Part shown: positions 1 to 12,375 of the stretch, in pieces
Layout of the letters: every line of letters starts with the position of its first letter
Position numbering within the stretch: position 1 is the stretch's first letter
From: Mobula hypostoma
Lineage: Eukaryota
Reading direction: 5' to 3'
DNA length: 64,000 nt
Assembly (NCBI RefSeq): GCF_963921235.1
Contig: NC_086097.1
Span: 126,730,001 to 126,794,000 of the forward strand
Made by a program: the position numbers and the translations under genes
The notes under the pieces: generated by a model
Database searches by the model: none
Seen by the model: only the letters and a program-made list of their open reading frames with translations
What the model was told of the DNA's origin: nothing

Positions 1-183
1 AATGTGCCCTTGGATCCTACACTTTTCTATTAATGGAAACATATTTAAAGATGTATTTCAAAATTTCCGACAAAGATCCATTATGGAGAAATAAAGAGAA
101 TTGCAGCTTATCATTCACGGCTTAATAAAGAATGGAATTAGTCTGAAATTAAAGTATATGTTAATAAGCAAAGATTGCTAGTA

Positions 184-1196
184 CAGTGAAACCCCGTTAT
201 AACACGATCGTTTGGGTCCATAAAATGTCATCGCGAAAAAAAGTGGGGTCGCGCTAAATCAGGGGGGTTGTTACTGCAGAAATTAGAACACAAATTAATT
301 TTTAGTAAAGCTTTTTAATACACAAAACAACAAATAAAAACATTCAAGAATATTAGCAATCTCTCTCCTCACCCTATTACTGCTATCTTTGGACTACCTA
401 AATTTCTAGTAATCTTTCCCCTTCAGCCCGTAGAATGATTGCATTTCTTACTTTAATGGCGAAAAGATGTATTTTACAACATTGGAAAGAGCTTAATGCT
501 CCAACTACCTTTTTTTGGTTTTCTCAGACGATTTTATGTTTGAATTTGGAGAAAATTAGAAGTAACCTTTATGATTCTTCATTTAAATTTGAACAGATTT
601 GGGGACCTTTTATTCGATATTTTCATTTAATGTAATATTTACCCTTGTTTTTTTTTCACTGTTTTTAATGGAGGTCGGGATTGAGGACGTGATTTTAAGT
701 TTAACTCTGTTTGGTTTCAAGTTAGCCCATTGCTTTGCTTTGCTTTTAGTTAGTTGCACGGTGGGGTTTTTTTTGGGGGTTTTTTTTTCTTTTTTTTCCA
801 TTGATATATATAAAATTTAGTATACTATTATGTTATCTTGGTTTCTTATGTTTAAATTACATTGTAGTATTTTTTTTGGTATTGATACCTTTTGGAATTT
901 TATTATACTTTAACATTGTATTAATGTTTATATGGCTTACCTTTTTTGTATACTTATTCAATAAAAAGATTTAAAAAGAAAGAAAGAATATTAGCAATCA
1001 TTTACAGTTTATTTCTTTAAAAAGTGATCGAGTGTTCCTTGTTTCTCTGCCTCATGCACATCTTCCTCTGTGAAGCGGTACAAATCTGGCTGGAGAAGGG
1101 GGGAGTATGGATTGACATAGACATGGAGTCCAATGACTCATCGTGTTATATCCAAATTTGCGTTAAATTGGGGCGCGTAAAATCAGGATTTCACTG
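184..1196. mobile_element. pogo/Tigger-like non-autonomous DNA transposon (MITE), interrupted by an L1 fragment
   Basis: Terminal inverted repeats CAGTGAAACCCCG.. (184) / ..CAGGATTTCACTG (1196), flanked by TA at 182-183 and 1197-1198. Confidence 0.7.
362..983 (+). mobile_element. 5'-truncated L1-like LINE (ORF2 C-terminus, 3' UTR, A-rich tail)
   Basis: ORF 435..635 has fish-L1 ORF2 C-terminal motifs (WK..P...W..LEKI..F..W.PF). AATAAA and an A-rich tail follow. 16-bp TSD AAGAATATTAGCAATC at 346-361 and 984-999. Confidence 0.8.
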
Positions 1197-4111
1197 TATA
1201 TGTAAACATTGGAAATATTTTAGAAACCAACAAAGAATGACTTAAAATATGAAGATCGAAAATGGAACATAAATATAATGAGGAATGTAAAACATTGTGA
1301 TAGGTTTTACAGGCATGTGAAAAAGAAGAGTCCTTCAGAAGCTGAAATGAACAATAAGGTGGAAAATGAAATGCAGAAACATTTAACATGCTTGGTGGAC
1401 TTCTAGCCTTCTGTTTCTATTCTGTTCCAGGTAGAGTATTGTGTGCAATGCCAGCTGCCACAGAATATGAAGACAGGAGATATTTTATTTGCCTGAGTTC
1501 CAATTATGAGGAGATAGTGGACAGGTTGGGTTTGGTTTCTTTGGAGTGGAGGAGGTTGTGAGAAGAGTGCTTGATAGAAGTAGCTTAGATAGAAAGTTGT
1601 CTTCCCTGCTCTCACCATAATAGAGTAATCTAAAAACAGAGGGCATGGATTTAAGGTGAACACTTTCATAGAATCTATCGAAATTTCTTTTTCACCCAGA
1701 GATTGGTTCAAATCTGGAACTCAACTTGGAGCCAAGTTGTCTCCCAGCATTTAAGAAGTATCTGGATTAAACTCTGAATTATCAATACATTGAAGGCTAT
1801 GGATCAAATGTCATAGAGTGATAGGACGTGAAACCATGCTGACGAAGGTACCTTCCTGAGCTAGTTGGCATTTGCCTGCATTTGGTCCATATCCCTCCAT
1901 CTTTCCCAACCATGTGCCCAAGTGTGGGTAAAATTTTTTAGTAGAGATTGGTCTAGAGTCCTGTTTCTGTTTAGTGTGATTCTAGAATAGACAGATTTTC
2001 TTCATTTAGTGTTGTCAGAATACCAAATGCAGGTTTCTCAAAACTTTGCGAGCTTCATGGTCACCCTCACCATCACTGGCTTGTAATTCCACATTTTGTT
2101 CAGTCATTTAAATTCCTGAGGTGCCATGTCTGTTTAGGTTTTTGTAAATAAAACAGCAGAGGCATTTTAAGTTTAAGGGAAACTGTAGCAACTAACTTTA
2201 TTGTCAATCAAATGCAGGATGTAAAGCCTGGTAGAAACCTTCAAGTCATCATGTCACCTAGTCAGACACAGCCTCTTAAAGTGAAACCCAGCTCAATGTA
2301 GGTGGTTGTGAACAATGCGTATGTTTCCACCCATTACACTCACCCCCAGAATTTACCAAACCAGCATTGTGACCTTGTCCGGAACACGGACAAGATGCCC
2401 AGTTTGGGTCCTACGTTCCGTGGGTGGAGGAACTGCAGAGGCCTCTGACTCACCTAGAGGTGTGTTGACATGCTCATTGTCAAGTCATGATACCAAGGGC
2501 ATGGTAGCGGAATCCTCCAAATCTTGGTGGGCCGGATTAAGGTGATCTACCAAAATACATTCAGGTTTACCCATCTAATCTGTGATAAAAGTCTTTTTTC
2601 TCTGTTCCAAAGCACAGAACGGGCCATCACAAGGGGACCTAGGGGGATGTTGGTGTGTATCGTGGTGGACGAAAATGAACGAGTTGGAATGTAGGTCTAT
2701 TCCAGCCCAAGAGTGCTGTATGCCGTGAGGGGGGGTAAGAATATGTGTAAAGGAATTGAGTTTACAGAGGATGTGAACACTGCTGAGAGGCCGACCAGGC
2801 GGTCATGGGGTCAGGAATAAAATAAGATGGCACTCGTAACGGCTGCCCGTACACCAACTCAACCGCGGACGACTGCAGGTCCCCTTTTGGAGCTGTCCTG
2901 AGCCCCAGCAGGACCCATGTGAAATAATCATGCCAACACTCATACTTCAGGGAAGCCGTCAGAGCAGCCTTTAATGAGTGGTGAAACCATTTGCATGGGC
3001 TATTGGACTGCAGGTGATATGCCATGGTGTGATGTAGCCTAACACCAAGATTCTGGGCCATCACAGCCCAGAGGTCTGATGTGATTTGGGGATTGTGGTC
3101 AGAGGAAAGAACAGATGGGGTGCCAAACTGAGCCACCCGGGTGCTGAGAAACATCCAAGCCATGTCTGCGGCTAGAGGGATAACCTCTGACCACCTGGTG
3201 GTACAGTCCACCATGGTAAGAAGGTGTGTGAAACCGCGGCAGGGAGGGAAGCGGACCAACAAGGTCTACATTGACACAGTCAAACCGTCACTCAGGGACC
3301 TCAAAATGTTCCAATGGAGCCAGAACATGATAGTTAATTGTCGCCTGCTGGCAGTCACCCAGGCTGTCGTCCAATCACACATGTCCTTTCTAGGGCCGTG
3401 CCACACAAACTTTAGTGCAACCAGTTTCTGTGAGGTCTTTGGGCCCGGATGTGAGAGGCCGTGAATAGAGTTGGAAACAGTAGGCCTCCAGTTTGTGGGC
3501 ACTGTGAGGCGAGGGCAACTGTTTGAGACATCGCACAAGAGAGAAACACCAGTTTCCCCTAACTTAATGTCAGCCAACCACAGGCCCATGACTGGTCAGC
3601 TGCTATGCCAGTATAATATTTTGGCCATAGTATGCACGGGGGGGCTTGTAGTCAACGTATGCTGTGAATTGGCAACCTTGTAGAAGAAAACAAAAATGGT
3701 GGACAGCCAGATAGAGACCGAGAAGCTTGTGGTCAAATGTGCTATTCTTCCTTTTGGGGGGATTGAGCCTTCAGCTGAGGAAGGTGAGCAACTGCAACAT
3801 GCCTCTGACCAACTGCTCTTCATGCATAGCGCCTGCAGCAAAGTCTGAAGCGTCAGTAGTAATGGCTATAGGTGCATTGTGGAATGGGTGCACCAGTAGG
3901 GTTGCGTTGGAAACAGCTCATGATCAGATGCTCTGGTCATGTCCGCTGACCAATCAAGCACATGATTAGGGGCATTGCCTTTAAGGGTATTATACAAGGG
4001 AAGCCTAAATACAGCAGCTTGCGGAACGAGTAGTTTTTTTTAATAGTGTGGAGTGGTGGGAAGTCCATAATAGTAGCAACTTTAGATGGGAGCGGTTTTG
4101 CACCTTCGGTG

Positions 4112-4686
4112 TGTAACGCGCTGTAAGGTTTCATTGCTAATGTAATGGCCTCTCTGTAATGTTTCACTGCTAATGTAATGATTTCTCTGTAGCAGCAGTG
4201 TTTGGGTTATGACTAGACATAACGGGAGCTTTGGAATGTGCACCATCCAATGAGAGGCAGGTTGTTTCTTTCTTGTGGGTCTGACAGAAGGGACTTTGTG
4301 GTGTTTTGTTTGGCGCAAGATGGAGAGAGAAGATGCCAGAATGGGGAAGTTATAGACTGCAGGACAGAGTGGACTTGGAATGGGGTCAGGAGTCGACACC
4401 CAGGGAGAAGGACAGACGGGAAAAACATGAGCTCCAACGTTGCGAAATTGACTGTTTAATGAGAATGGGCCAATTTTTTTTGTTTCTTTACTAATCCTAT
4501 AGACAACTTAAAGATTATAAAGCTCAATCGTTTAATTGCATATTGCGTACGGTTTGTTATTTCGTGTTACTGATTTGTAACGGGAACACATCACACAGCA
4601 TTCACCCAAACAAGATTTTTCAAGTTTGGCCGGGCCGGGGGCTGTCTTTCCCTGGAGTAAGTTGCCAGCCGAACATGAGGGTTACA
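4112..4686. mobile_element. Solo LTR inserted in the Gypsy pol region
   Basis: Begins TGTAAC and ends GTTACA; has a short internal ~31-bp tandem repeat; the Gypsy RT reading (..ISA / EGAKP..) resumes on both sides. Confidence 0.7.
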
Positions 4687-4878
4687 TGCGGAGATGCATT
4701 GGCTGAGAAAGTCAATGGTTGACAACCCAAACTGGCATTTATCAGGATTAATAACCAACCCGTGTTGGCTTAAGCACTTGAAATGTGTGCGGAGATGTGA
4801 TACGTGTTTGAATTTGGATGCACTGGCAACAAGTATGTCACCCAGGTAAACAAAAAGAAAATCTGTCTTAATACAGAG

Positions 4879-5083
4879 CAACACACACAAATTGCTGGAG
4901 GAACTCAGCAGGCCAGGCAGCATCTATGGAAAAGAGTACACAGTTGACGTTTCAGCCCAAGAACCTTCATCTGGACTGATGCAGGGTCTCTGCTTGAAAC
5001 TTCGATTGTTTACTCTTTTTCTTAGATGCTACCTGCTCTGCTGAGTTCCTTGGATTTCCAGCGCCTGCAGATTTTCTCGTCTT
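4879..5083. mobile_element. Short palindromic Penelope-terminal-repeat-derived element
   Basis: Inverted GCTGGAGGAACTCAGCAG / CTGCTGAGTTCC arms around degenerate hammerhead-like motifs; 11-bp TSD TTAATACAGAG at 4868-4878 and 5084-5094. Confidence 0.7.
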
Positions 5084-5211
5084 TTAATACAGAGTCCATC
5101 ATTTTTCAGCCCAAGCAGCATGCACAGAATCTCAAAGAGGCCGGATGGGGTTATCACAGCTGTTTTGGGAATGTCCTCTGAGCACACAGGCAACTGATGG
5201 TAGCCCCTAAT

Positions 5212-6432
5212 TAGAAACATAGAAAACCTACAGCACAATACAGGCCCTTTGGCCCACAATGCTGTGATGAACATGTACTTACTTTAGAAATTACCTAGGG
5301 TTACCCATAGCCCTCTATTTTTCTAAGCTCCATGTACCTACCCAGGAGTCTCTTAAAAGACCCTATCGTATCCACCTCCACCACCATCTCCGGCAGCCCA
5401 TTCCACGCACTCACCACTCTCTGCATAAAAGACTTACCCCTGCCATCTCCTCTGTGCCTACTTCTACGCACCTTAAAACTGTGCTCTCTTGTGCTAGCCA
5501 TTTCAGCCCTGAGAAAAAGCCTCTGACTATCCACACGATCAACGCCTCTCATCATCTTATACACCTCTATCAGGTCACCTCTCATCTTCCATCGCTCCAA
5601 GAAGAAAAGGCCAAGTTCACTCAACCTATTCTCATAAGGCATGTTCCTCAATTCAGGCAACATTCTTGTAAATCTCCTCTGCACCCTTCCTATGGTTTCC
5701 ACATCCTCCTTGTAGTGAGGTGACTACAAATGAGCACAGTACTCCAAGTGGGGCCTGACCAGGGTCCTATATAGCTATAACATTACCTCTCAGCTCTTGA
5801 ACTCAATCCCATGGTTGATGAAGGCCAATGCACTGTATGCCTTCTTAACCACAGAGTCACCCTGCGCACCAGCTTTGAGTGTCCGACAGACTCAGACCCC
5901 AAGATCCCTTTGATCCTCCACACTGCTAAGAGTCTTGCCATTAATACTCTATTCTGCCATCATATTTGACCTGCCAGAATGAACCACCACACACTTATCT
6001 GGATTGAACTCCATCTGCCACTTCTCAGCCCAGTTTTGTATCATATCAATGTCCTGCTGTAACCTCTGACAGCCCTCCACACTATCCACAACACCCCCAA
6101 CCTTTGTATCATCAGCAAATTTATTAACCCATCCCTCTACTTCCTCATCCAGGTCATTTATAAAAATCACGAAGAGAAGGGGTCCCAGAACAGATCCCTG
6201 AGGCACACCACTGGTCACCAGCCTCCATGCAGAATATGACCCACCTACAACCACTGTAGGCAAGCCAATTCTGGATCCACAAAGCAATGTCCCCTTGGAT
6301 TCCATGCCTCCTCTCTCAACAAGCCTTGCGTGGGGTAACTTATCAAATGCTTTGCTGAAATCCATTAACACTACATCTACTGCTCTACCTTCATCAATGT
6401 GTTTAGTCGCATCCTCAGAAAATTCAATCAGG
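5212..6432 (-). mobile_element. 5'-truncated CR1 LINE inserted in the Gypsy element
   Basis: RT motifs DFSKAFDK, SGVPQGSVLGP, KFADDTK; CR1 C-terminus ERVQRRFTRM..RGDLIEVYK; (TTCTATG)-type tail. Confidence 0.9.
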
Positions 6433-8056
6433 CAACTTAAAAAAAAAATTAACTTTTCAGCTAAAAGTGCTGAAAGTTCTTGGATGTGAGGGACCGGGTA
6501 ACAATCAGGGGGTGGTGGCCTCATTAAGGTGTTGGTAATCGCCACATAGGTGGCAACCAGCATAGGGCTTAGGGACAATATGGAGGGGTGAAGCCCAGGG
6601 GCTATTTGACTTGTGTATAATGTCAAGCCTTTCCACATTGGCAAACTCAGCCCTCACAGTGGCCAGCTTTTCTGGGTCCAGTCTACGCATGCAGGCAAGG
6701 ACTGGCTGATCAGGTGTAGAAATGTGGTGCTTGACCCCATGTTTTGTGACTGTAGTGGAGAATGTGGGCTCAGTGAGGTTTGGGAAATCACCCAGCAGTC
6801 GAGCAAACTCACATGCGGTGGTACATGGGCTTGACAGAGTTGTTGTGGGGAACTTACTGAGGGAGCAGGGTAATGACCCAAAGTCCTTGACATCCACAAG
6901 CCAGCAGTTCTTAAGATCAACTAATAGTCCTTGGGCACACAGGAGATCTGCATCGAGCAGAGGTCTAGCTACTTTAGCCAGGACGAAATCCCATGTGTAA
7001 CATTGCCTACTGAAGCAGAGTGTCACCCGTGGTGTCCTGCCGGCCTGGATCCTGTTGCCTCTAGCTAGGCCTTGTCACTCTTTGCCTTCTGATCACTAGG
7101 CGACGCTGGCAGTACATTCATTTGCGCACCTGTGTCACGTAATAAGCGTGGCCCTGAAAGGGTCTCCATAATGAACGGTAGACGACCCTGGAAGCTGGAA
7201 CCCACAGTACTCGCAGACCTCTGATGTTCCGATGTGCTGGCACTGACGAAGCTGGGAGGGGGTCAGCACTTCTCGGTGTTTGTACCTTAGTGAGCATGGT
7301 AAAAGCACAGACCTGGTGTCTGTTTCACAGTCATGGGTGTGCTTGGGTTGGAGGCCCAGCAGACCGGGCTTGAGGGAAAAGAGGAGGAATTATGACCTCT
7401 GGTTATCAGCCATCTTAGCAAGCTCCCTATAATTATTCACTGGTGTATTAGTGAAGGCTATGCAAATATAATCAGGCATTTGCTGTATGAAGAGTTCTTT
7501 AAAAATAAAACGAAGGTTATTTCGCAGGAGAGACAGCGTGTGGTCCATTAGCTCTGAAAACCTAGCAGCCCCCAGGCCAGGCGAAGACAGCAACTGTTTG
7601 GCACGCTCAGATTCTGTTAGTCCAAAGTCTGTAATAGGTGAGTTTTCAGTGTGCCAGAGTTTTCGTGTTCAGGCAAGTATTCAAGCACTCTCGCTGCCGT
7701 GGAAATACTGAACGATGCCACTACGTGCTAATAATCTGGGGTCACCTGCAGAGATTTCTCGCAGTGCAAATTGGCCCTCGACTTGCACAAATCAAATGAC
7801 GGTATTTTCAAAGTGACTGCGTTGGCCAACATGCTCAATAACTCTGGAAACGTCCTAGAGCATTGGGGTCACTGATGCAAGTTATCGTAAATAAAAGGCC
7901 AGAAGAATTTTAAGCTTAAGGGAAACTATAGCAACTAACTTTATTGTCAACCAAACGTAGAACATAAAGGGCGGTTGAAACCTTGACGTCATCACGTCAG
8001 ACACAACTTCTTGAAGTGAATCCCAATTCAATGTCGGTGGTTGTGAATTACGCCTA

Positions 8057-8626
8057 CGAGGAGTGATTGATAAGTTCGTGGCCTAAGGGAGAAGGAGTCA
8101 ATTTTAGAAAACCTAGCACATCTATTTTTCAACATAGTCCCCTCCTACATGTACACACTTAGTCCAGGGGTAGTGGAGCATACGGATCCCTTCTTTGTAG
8201 AAGTTCGTGGCCTAAAGTAGAAAGAGATGAGTTATTAACTTCAAACTTTCTGCATTATCATTCAAAGAGTTGAACTACACATGCATGTAACGAGAGCGTC
8301 TTGGACCTCCAGGTGGTCCACAGCAGGGGTGATTGATAAGTGTGTGGCCTAAGGTCGAAGGAAATGGGTTATACAGCTCTCGTTACATGCACATGCAGTT
8401 CAACTGTTTGAGCGATAATGCAGAAAGTTTGAAGTTTCTCTTCATCTCGTTCTACTTTAGGCCACGAACTTATCAATCACCCCTGCTGAAGAGCACTTCT
8501 GGAGGTGGAAGACGCCGACTTCTGCAAAGAAGGGATCCGTATGCGTCATGACCGCTGGACTAAGTGTGTAAATGTAGGAAAAATAAATGTGCTAGGTAGG
8601 CCACGAACTTATCAATCACCCCGTCG
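8057..8626. mobile_element. mariner-like fold-back MITE inserted in the Gypsy 5' LTR
   Basis: TIR CGAGGRGTGATTGATAAGTTCGTGGCCTA with its inverse at the right end; TA at 8055-8056 and 8627-8628; LTR sequence resumes (TATGTTTCCACCC). Confidence 0.8.
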
Positions 8627-8819
8627 TATGTTTCCACCCTTATATTACCCTCCATCTGTATCTCTTATGCAGGTCTGTTGATACCTTAGTAAAATTAAAC
8701 TCTGTAAAAGGTGTTATTTTTGCTAGTGGGAGTCCACTGAAAACGTGTCAGGCCACTTTCGAAAACGGTTGAATGAAAGGATAACCGCACTTTCCCAGGA
8801 TGATAGTGAACAGCAGCAA

Positions 8820-8935
8820 ATAATAGACCCGGAATTGACGTAGTGAAAGGGGGCGTATACAGACGGCGCACTTCCGGTCGGCGGGTCAGACGGGACGGCC
8901 TGTGGGTCACGTGACGTTAGCGGCGCCATGGCGGC
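8820..8935 (+). promoter_or_regulatory. CpG-rich, TATA-less SNRNP48 promoter / 5' UTR
   Basis: Sharp CpG enrichment; ETS-type CCGGAA (8829) and CACTTCCGG (8869-8877); CRE-like TGACGT (8836); palindromic E-box GTCACGTGAC (8906-8915); strong Kozak GCCATGG. TSS not determinable from sequence. Confidence 0.65.
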
Positions 8936-9104
8936 CGTGGAGCTGGACGAAGAGGAAGCCAACATCGAGTACTCGAAACGGTTGCAGAGCCGTTTGGAGC
9001 GAGTGAGCGAGCTGGCGCGGTTCACCCAGCACTGTGCCCGGGCCATGGAGGGCGTACTGAGCGCGCTGGGCTGGAGCAGCGAGGGCATGGATCGGCAGCG
9101 GCCG
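8928..9104 (+). CDS. SNRNP48: U11/U12 snRNP 48 kDa protein, exon 1
   Basis: MAAVELDEEE..LSALGWS resembles the SNRNP48 N-terminus (TASLGWD); 177 nt; phase-0 donor CCG|GTGAGA. Confidence 0.88.
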
Positions 9105-10244
9105 GTGAGAGGCTGGTTCAGATTCAGTGGCACGGCCCCTCCACTGAGCAGTTGGGGACCCGGGCACAGAGGCTTGCTGCTGTTGGATGGGTCACGCCTT
9201 ATCCTTGCAACTGATCTCAAAACACACAGAATCCTGAAGGAATTTAGCAGGTCATTGTTCTTTCCCTTCACTAATGCTGCCTGACCTGCTGAGTTCCTCC
9301 AGCATTTTGTGCATTGCTGAAGTCTTCTAGCATCTGTAGAATCTGTCTGTGTTTGTCTTCTATACTCCTAAACGTTTCCTATGTATTTATCCAAATGTCA
9401 ATACTGTCCCTCATTCAGATACTCCTATGCCACCTGGTTTTTTGGTTCCCTTTCCCTAAGAATTAGATTGTGTGCATTCCTTCTATCTATGCCCCTCATT
9501 ATTTTAACACCTCTAATAGGGGGTTATCTGTTAGTCTCTTAACATTCCAAGAAATGAAGTCCTTGCCTACCCATCCTTTCAGACAATTGATTCTTGGCCA
9601 CATTCTCATAAATTTTCTTTTCACTCTTTCCAACTCAGTGATACATAAACCACCTGGTACTCCAGCCTTAAAAGATGTACTATACCTCACTCATGTCTTC
9701 CCCAACTGTAATGTCACTTTCCAACCCCTGGACTCAGTACCCTGATTAAGATCAGTATGTCAAATGTTGCCTTCTTCACCTTGTCTAGCCATGACGCAGC
9801 TCTCGGTGAATTTATGTACTTGTACTCCTAAGTCTCTATTCCACATACTCCCTATGATCTTGCTATTCGCTGTATTCCCTATCATCGTTTAACTTCCCAA
9901 AAATGCAACACCTCTCACTTAACAGAATCAAAATCTACTTCCTAATCCTCAGCCTACTTGCCTAGCTTATCAAGATTTCCTGTAAATTTTGATAACTTTC
10001 TTCCCAGTCTATGATACCTCAAATTCCCTTTATTATGGAATGAGGGAATGTTTTGTAATATGGTGAAAGGTTTCAGAATTTTTGAGGATTTAACTTAAAT
10101 CCAAAGATGCAAGCAATTGTTGGGTTACGTTTATATGGTGATCTTTATATGAATTTGCCTACTATTTATGTTGTCTACTATTTTCATTGGTATTATTTTG
10201 TTAAAAATCCTGTAAGTAACTTTGGATCCCATCAACTTTTCCAG

Positions 10245-10361
10245 CCTGATCCAATGGTTATTTGTCCATTTGATGCAAATCACCGTCTTCCAAAATCTTC
10301 ACTGGAAAAACATGTTACATCTTGCAGGCTAAGAAAACTGGGATATTCTAAAGAGGAAGAG
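10245..10361 (+). CDS. SNRNP48: SNRNP48 exon 2 (CHHC zinc finger)
   Basis: TTCCAG| PDPMVICPFDANHRLPKSSLEKHVTSCRLRKLGYSKEEE |GTTTGT; this is the U11-48K CHHC motif. Confidence 0.97.
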
Positions 10362-11803
10362 GTTTGTAGTTTGTTACAGTTTTGTTAATTATATGTTTAA
10401 TATATGTTTTTTTTCTAATCAAATTTATTTTTGAAAGGGGTTTTGACTTTTTTGCATTCAGAAATATTGAAAGTACTTGGTATTTTTAGCTAACGGCTAT
10501 ATTGGTAGGATTTTTTCTTCTGTTGAAGCCGTACTTGATAAGGCCAAAACTACATGTTGTAGCAGTTAGGATTTCATCAAAGCCATATATAATTGCAATT
10601 TTATCATTTTTTTAATCCTCAAATCCTTTTTAAAAAGATGAAAATGTGGCATTAATTTATTTAGTTAACACTTGTTATTCCTGCTTGTTAAACTTCTATT
10701 TACTGAAGTGTTTTGTTCACCCTGAATAAAAATATTTTGTTGTTTCTCCTAATTTTAATAGCAGATTATTTACAAAGGTGGATAATCACATCTTTTTCCC
10801 ACATACTGTATTTTTCACAGACCTCTCTGGTCATTTTTATTTTATAGTTTCTCTACATACTCCTTGCAGGGCTACTTTCCCAGCTAGTCAGTATAAGATT
10901 ATAAGACATAGGAGCAGAATTAGGCCATTCCATCATGGCTGATTTATTGTCCCTCTCAATCCCATTCTCCTGCTTTCTCCCTGTAACCTTTGACACTCGG
11001 ACTAATCAAGAACCTATCAACCTCTGCTTTAAATATACTCAATGACTTGGCCTCCACAGCAATGAATTACACAGATTCACTACCCTATGATGAAAGAAGT
11101 TCCTACTCATCTCCATACTTAATAGTCGTCCCTCTATTCAGAGGATGTGCCCTCTAATCCTAGACTCGCCCACTATAGGAAACATCCTCACCACTCTATC
11201 TAGGCCTTTCAATATTCGATAGGTTTCAATGAGATCTCTCCCCACCCCCCCACTCATTCTCTAAGCTCCAGCAAGTACAGACCCAGAGCCATCAGCCACT
11301 CTTATGTTAACCCTTTCATTCCTGGAATCATTCTCGTGAATCTTCTCTGGACCTTCTCTAATGAATTTTCTGCAAATATGATAAAGTTGCAATCTGTCCT
11401 CTCATCTATTGTAAATAGTAAATTGTATTAGAAGTATTAGAATTGGTTTATTATTGTCACATGTACCGAAATATAGTGAAAAGCTTTTGATTGTGTGCCA
11501 TCATTGAGGTAGTAAAAAGAAAAATGGAATGCAGAATAAAGTGCTATAGTTTCAAAGAAAGTGGAGTAGAGTTAAAGACATAAAGTGCAAGATCACAACA
11601 AGGTGGACTGGGAAATCCTAAGTTAATCTTTTGGCATGTGAGAGTCCTTTAAGAGTCTGATAGGTTGAAGAGAACAATGTCAGACTTGACCTTTATAATC
11701 TTAGCTGCTCATTTTAATATCTCCCATAATAAGTCCCAGCAATTTCTGTATTACTGATGGACTTGCTTTTCAAAGACGAAAAGAGAAAAGGTCTGTTTTG
11801 TTG

Positions 11804-12375
11804 TAATGTTGAATTTGTATAAGGCATTGGTAAGGCCAAATCTGGAGTATTGTATACAGTTCTGGTCACCGAATTATAGGAAGGATGTCAATAAAATTGA
11901 AAGAGTACAGAGGAGGTTTACTAAAATGTTGCCTGGGTTTCATCTCCTAAGTTACAGAGAAAGGTTGAACAAGTTAGGTCTTTATTCTTTGGAGCGTAGA
12001 AGGTTGAGGGTAGACTTGATAGAGGTGTTTAAAACTATGAGGGGGATTGACAGAGTTGACGTGGTTAGACTTTTTCCATTGAGAGTGGGGAAGACTCAAA
12101 CAAGAGGGCATGGGTTGAGAATTAGAGGACAAAAGTTTAGGGGTAACATGAGGGGTAACTTCTTTACTCAGAGAGTGGTAGCTGTGTGGAACGAGCTTCC
12201 AGCAGAAGTGGTTGAGGCAGGTTCTATGTTGTCGTTTAAAGTTAAATTGGATAGATATATGGACAGGAAAGGAATGGAGGGTTATGGGCTGAGTGCAGGT
12301 CGGTGGGAATAGGATAGGGTAAGAGTTCGGCACGGACTAGAAGGGCCGAGATGGCCTGTTTCCATGCTGTAATTG
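11804..12375 (+). mobile_element. CR1 LINE 3' fragment (intron 2)
   Basis: ORF 11806..12312 LYKALVRPNLEYCIQFWSP..FFTQRVV..WN. Confidence 0.9.

Larger units (their letters stand above)
2133..8644 (-). mobile_element. Degenerate full-length Ty3/Gypsy LTR retrotransposon with nested insertions
   Basis: Two similar LTR copies (~2133-2338 and ~7877-8644, the latter split by a mariner MITE). PPT-like GGGGGTGAG precedes TGTAA on the minus strand at ~2339-2347, and a PBS-like GTGACCCC lies at ~7866-7873. Fragments of integrase (2762..3262), Zn-finger region (HGLSHPG), RNase H/RT (SPWASPLHIVPK, YLGDILVAS) and gag. Confidence 0.85.

Noticed and set aside
4120..4190. Short direct repeats resembling a CRISPR-like array
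   Set aside because: About 31-bp tandem units without unique spacers, inside a solo LTR in vertebrate DNA
5949..6644. 231-aa RT-like ORF
   Set aside because: Chimera of Gypsy RT and an inserted CR1 fragment
8723..9271. 182-aa antisense ORF over exon 1
   Set aside because: Expected shadow ORF of GC-rich coding/CpG-island sequence that starts in a repeat; no recognisable motif
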